DNA of 64,000 nucleotides, from positions 12,178,850-12,242,849 of the forward strand of contig NC_134029.1 in the NCBI RefSeq assembly GCF_964204645.1. Reading direction: 5' to 3'. The position numbers were made by a program, and so were the translations under genes. The first letter of the stretch is position 1, and each line of letters begins with the position of its first letter. The notes below the pieces were generated by a model, which was given only the letters and a program-made list of their open reading frames with translations, did not search any database and had not been told where the DNA came from. The DNA is from Tubulanus polymorphus. Its lineage: Eukaryota; Animalia; Nemertea. Of this stretch, positions 61,668 to 64,000 are shown one piece after another.

Positions 61668-62258
61668 ATGAGAGGTGAAAAGAAAATAAAATCTAAAAAT
61701 GGTGATGTTCAAATTGAAAAAACTTTAGATGATTTAGGAATAACAGAAACAAAATTAACTCCAGATGATGGTGCTTTAAATAATGTTACAACAAATAATA
61801 ATTATGAATATTATCTTTATTGTAAACATCAATTAGAAATATTAATAGCATCTGGAAAATGTAAAAATTTTATCGGTAAAAATTTAACTTATAATGAATT
61901 AGATACAATGAAATCAGATGAAATTATTAGATTATTTAAGATTTATGAATCCGCGAGAACAGCTAGAATTAATGACGCGATATCAGAAAATGTAGTAAAA
62001 GGTTATAGTAAATTATGTAATTATATACTACCAATTGAAGATGAAAATAGATTATATTCTGATTTAAAAAATGATTATTTAGTTATGACTGAATTAAATA
62101 AATGGATTGGATATTTATCATTTCAATTAGGTGGATTTATGACATTATTATCAACTGGAGTTATAACATTTTCAAATATTGAAAGTAAAAATATTTCTGT
62201 AATAAATGAGCGAGGTGAAAGAAGTGAAGAAAAAACCGAGAACTCAGAAACAAATTGA
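61668..62258 (+). CDS. P3 conserved hypothetical protein
   Basis: Homolog of 24365-24967; TATAAATG start. Confidence 0.8.
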   Translation: MRGEKKIKSKNGDVQIEKTLDDLGITETKLTPDDGALNNVTTNNNYEYYLYCKHQLEILIASGKCKNFIGKNLTYNELDTMKSDEIIRLFKIYESARTARINDAISENVVKGYSKLCNYILPIEDENRLYSDLKNDYLVMTELNKWIGYLSFQLGGFMTLLSTGVITFSNIESKNISVINERGERSEEKTENSETN

Positions 62259-62559
62259 ATGGTCTCGACAATTAGGAATTAAATCACAAGAATATAAAAA
62301 AGCTGTAAAAGAAAAAATAAGTAATAAAAATGTTAATAAAAATGGTGAAAATATTGTTATTTCTACTCCTTCTGATAGTAGAATATTTGATAAATATTTA
62401 TATTTTACAGTTGGATTTGTAATTGTATTCATTTTGATTGGGTGTAATTGGTATAAGAAATCAAATAAAATTCATGATATAAGTAATTCTGAAACAACTG
62501 CTATTAAAAATGAAAATACTTCTGAAATTCCAAAATTAACAATAAAAAAAATGGATTAA
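62206..62559 (+). CDS. P3 basic/TM small protein
   Basis: Homolog of 24960-25328; TAAATG start. Confidence 0.75.
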   Translation: MSEVKEVKKKPRTQKQIEWSRQLGIKSQEYKKAVKEKISNKNVNKNGENIVISTPSDSRIFDKYLYFTVGFVIVFILIGCNWYKKSNKIHDISNSETTAIKNENTSEIPKLTIKKMD

Positions 62560-62722
62560 TATTTTAGAAAAAAAGCAAAAAAAAATAATTTTTTTTAATT
62601 AATTGAATATTAATTGAATATCTCACTACTTTTGTCTATCTATGAGGAGCAATTAAATTGTCCAGATAAGTCATTTCGGATTCTAGATATTCATTATTTT
62701 TATTAATTTATTTTTTTAAAAT

Positions 62723-63049
62723 TTAATCAACAATTTCTAAATCATGATGGCCATCTTCATTTTTTCCATGATAGATTATTTTAAATCCTTCTAAATCTTT
62801 TAATTCCTCTGTACTCAATGAAACCCATTTATCAGGTAAAAATACTTTAAATTCTCGCGATGTACTAACATTACAGTAGCTTAAATTAGCTGATACTTTC
62901 TCTCCATATTTAGTTTTTATCTTTTCTAATTTCAATATTTTATGTTCAATTTCTTTTGTAACATCAACTAACTTTTTTATTTCAAATTGTTTTTTTGCTG
63001 GTTTTATTCTGTTATTTATTGTTGCTAAGAATGCTTTTCTATCTCCCAT
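62723..63049 (-). CDS. P3 small protein, probable OB-fold ssDNA-binding
   Basis: Homolog of 16406-16759; preceded by the 36-bp leader motif. Confidence 0.6.
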   Translation of the reverse strand: MGDRKAFLATINNRIKPAKKQFEIKKLVDVTKEIEHKILKLEKIKTKYGEKVSANLSYCNVSTSREFKVFLPDKWVSLSTEELKDLEGFKIIYHGKNEDGHHDLEIVD

Positions 63050-63132
63050 TTATAAGGAAAACAAATTACTTGTGGTGATGAGTGGGATTACTTCCCCTTG
63101 TATATAACAAACACGTTATTACGCAGCTGTTG

Positions 63133-63336
63133 TTACGCGCACTCACTGTTTATATGTGACACAATTTTACTACGTAATATTTCTAAAATTTCAATTATAT
63201 CTTTTATTTCTAGTGAATCAATATAATTTCTAACATTTTCCATGTAAGGTTTATCGATGTATTTTTTACAATATTGACAATAATATTGATTTTTATTGAC
63301 ATTATTGTTTTCTAGTTGGAACTCACTCTCTCCCAT
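63133..63336 (-). CDS. Mini-ORF in the right TIR: internally deleted copy of the pPolB N-terminus
   Basis: Joins sequence matching 46854-46940 to sequence matching 47235-47321. Expression unknown. Confidence 0.5.
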   Translation of the reverse strand: MGESEFQLENNNVNKNQYYCQYCKKYIDKPYMENVRNYIDSLEIKDIIEILEILRSKIVSHINSECA

Positions 63337-63802
63337 TTATTAGGGAAAAAAATTACTTGTGGTGATGAGTGGTGTTTAGTACTCTCGTACTCTGATCTGA
63401 AACCCCACTTTTATAATTACTGACCGGCCTGGAGGTAAATCTAGACGTTTTTCCAGCTAGAATTATGTGAAAATGTTTGAACAACACCCAAAACTTTATA
63501 CTACTAGCAGTCCGGGTCTATTTTGATTTCACAGAAACGCATGTATACAAAAAGAACGGCAATTTGCTTCGATTTTGGTATATTTTTGATTATTTCACAA
63601 AAATACGAGTTCAGAACTCTATGAAATTTTCAGATTGTAAAATAGATACTATATGACAACTCCGATAAAAAAATCAGATCTCAGGACCATCTAGATAAAA
63701 AGTGTGCCACCCGTTTTACTGAATTTTTTTGCGATAGGAAAATGCATTGGTAGGATGACGTCATCAGCTAGTGATAGCAAAAGCGAACCATAGGTTCGCT
63801 AA

Positions 63803-64000
63803 AAAGTATTGAAAACAAAACATTACGTGGTAAGAAATATTCTTTGGTTGAATATAAAGGGTATGATGATAAATTTAATGAACGGATTTTATCTAGTAAA
63901 ATTAAAAGAATAAATGAATAAAGATTTATTTATATTTGAACCACATAATAGGTTAGTTACTGGAGTAACAAATTGTGGTAAAACACATTTCATATTAGAT
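63803..64000 (+). pseudogene. P2 integrase chromodomain end and ATPase start (runs off the window)
   Basis: Homologous to 26292-26490; GVTNCGKT visible. Confidence 0.85.

Larger units (their letters stand above)
46769..63421 (+). mobile_element. Polinton/Maverick P3, full-length (16,653 bp), with a few inactivating mutations
   Basis: 5'-AGT...ACT-3' termini; TIRs 46769-46940 and 63250-63421; 6-bp TSD GACCGG (46763-46768, 63422-63427). Encodes pPolB, penton, MCP, integrase and ATPase. Confidence 0.97.
45812..63805 (-). mobile_element. HINE-C, split by P3 (45812-46768 and 63422-63805)
   Basis: Tail aagaccaatggtcttgtagctcacct; head agcgaaccataggttcgctaaaaa. Flanks rejoin as the P2 integrase. 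Confidence 0.6.

Noticed and set aside
46769-63421. Contaminating free virus or phage contig
   Set aside because: A perfect TSD and nesting inside host repeats show chromosomal integration.

Overview
AT-rich eukaryotic (most likely invertebrate animal) genomic DNA. The first ~2.7 kb holds the last two exons of an AMACR-like gene. The rest is a densely nested graveyard of mobile elements. It includes an internally deleted DIRS retroelement with intact ends, a decayed Gypsy element, a Penelope fragment with a hammerhead core, several Helentron-type non-autonomous elements (HINEs), MITEs and a 31-bp satellite. It also holds three related Polinton/Maverick (adintovirus-like) copies. P1 (~11967-27529) is degraded, has hairpin TIRs and an intein-free polB. 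P2 survives as fragments at 33083-33215, 43692-43820, 45175-45812 and 63803-64000. P3 (46769-63421) is structurally complete, with AGT...ACT termini, 172-bp TIRs and a GACCGG TSD. The standout is P3. Its protein-primed PolB carries a 355-aa LAGLIDADG intein at the catalytic YFD|TD site, which is empty in P1. It also encodes a Zn-finger/VLTF3-like late transcription factor and appears to use two start-site classes: TAAATG on nearly all genes, plus a duplicated 36-bp leader on replication/regulatory genes. Together these point to gene exchange with giant viruses (NCLDVs). All homology calls come from motif recognition; no database search was run, so novelty is unverified.
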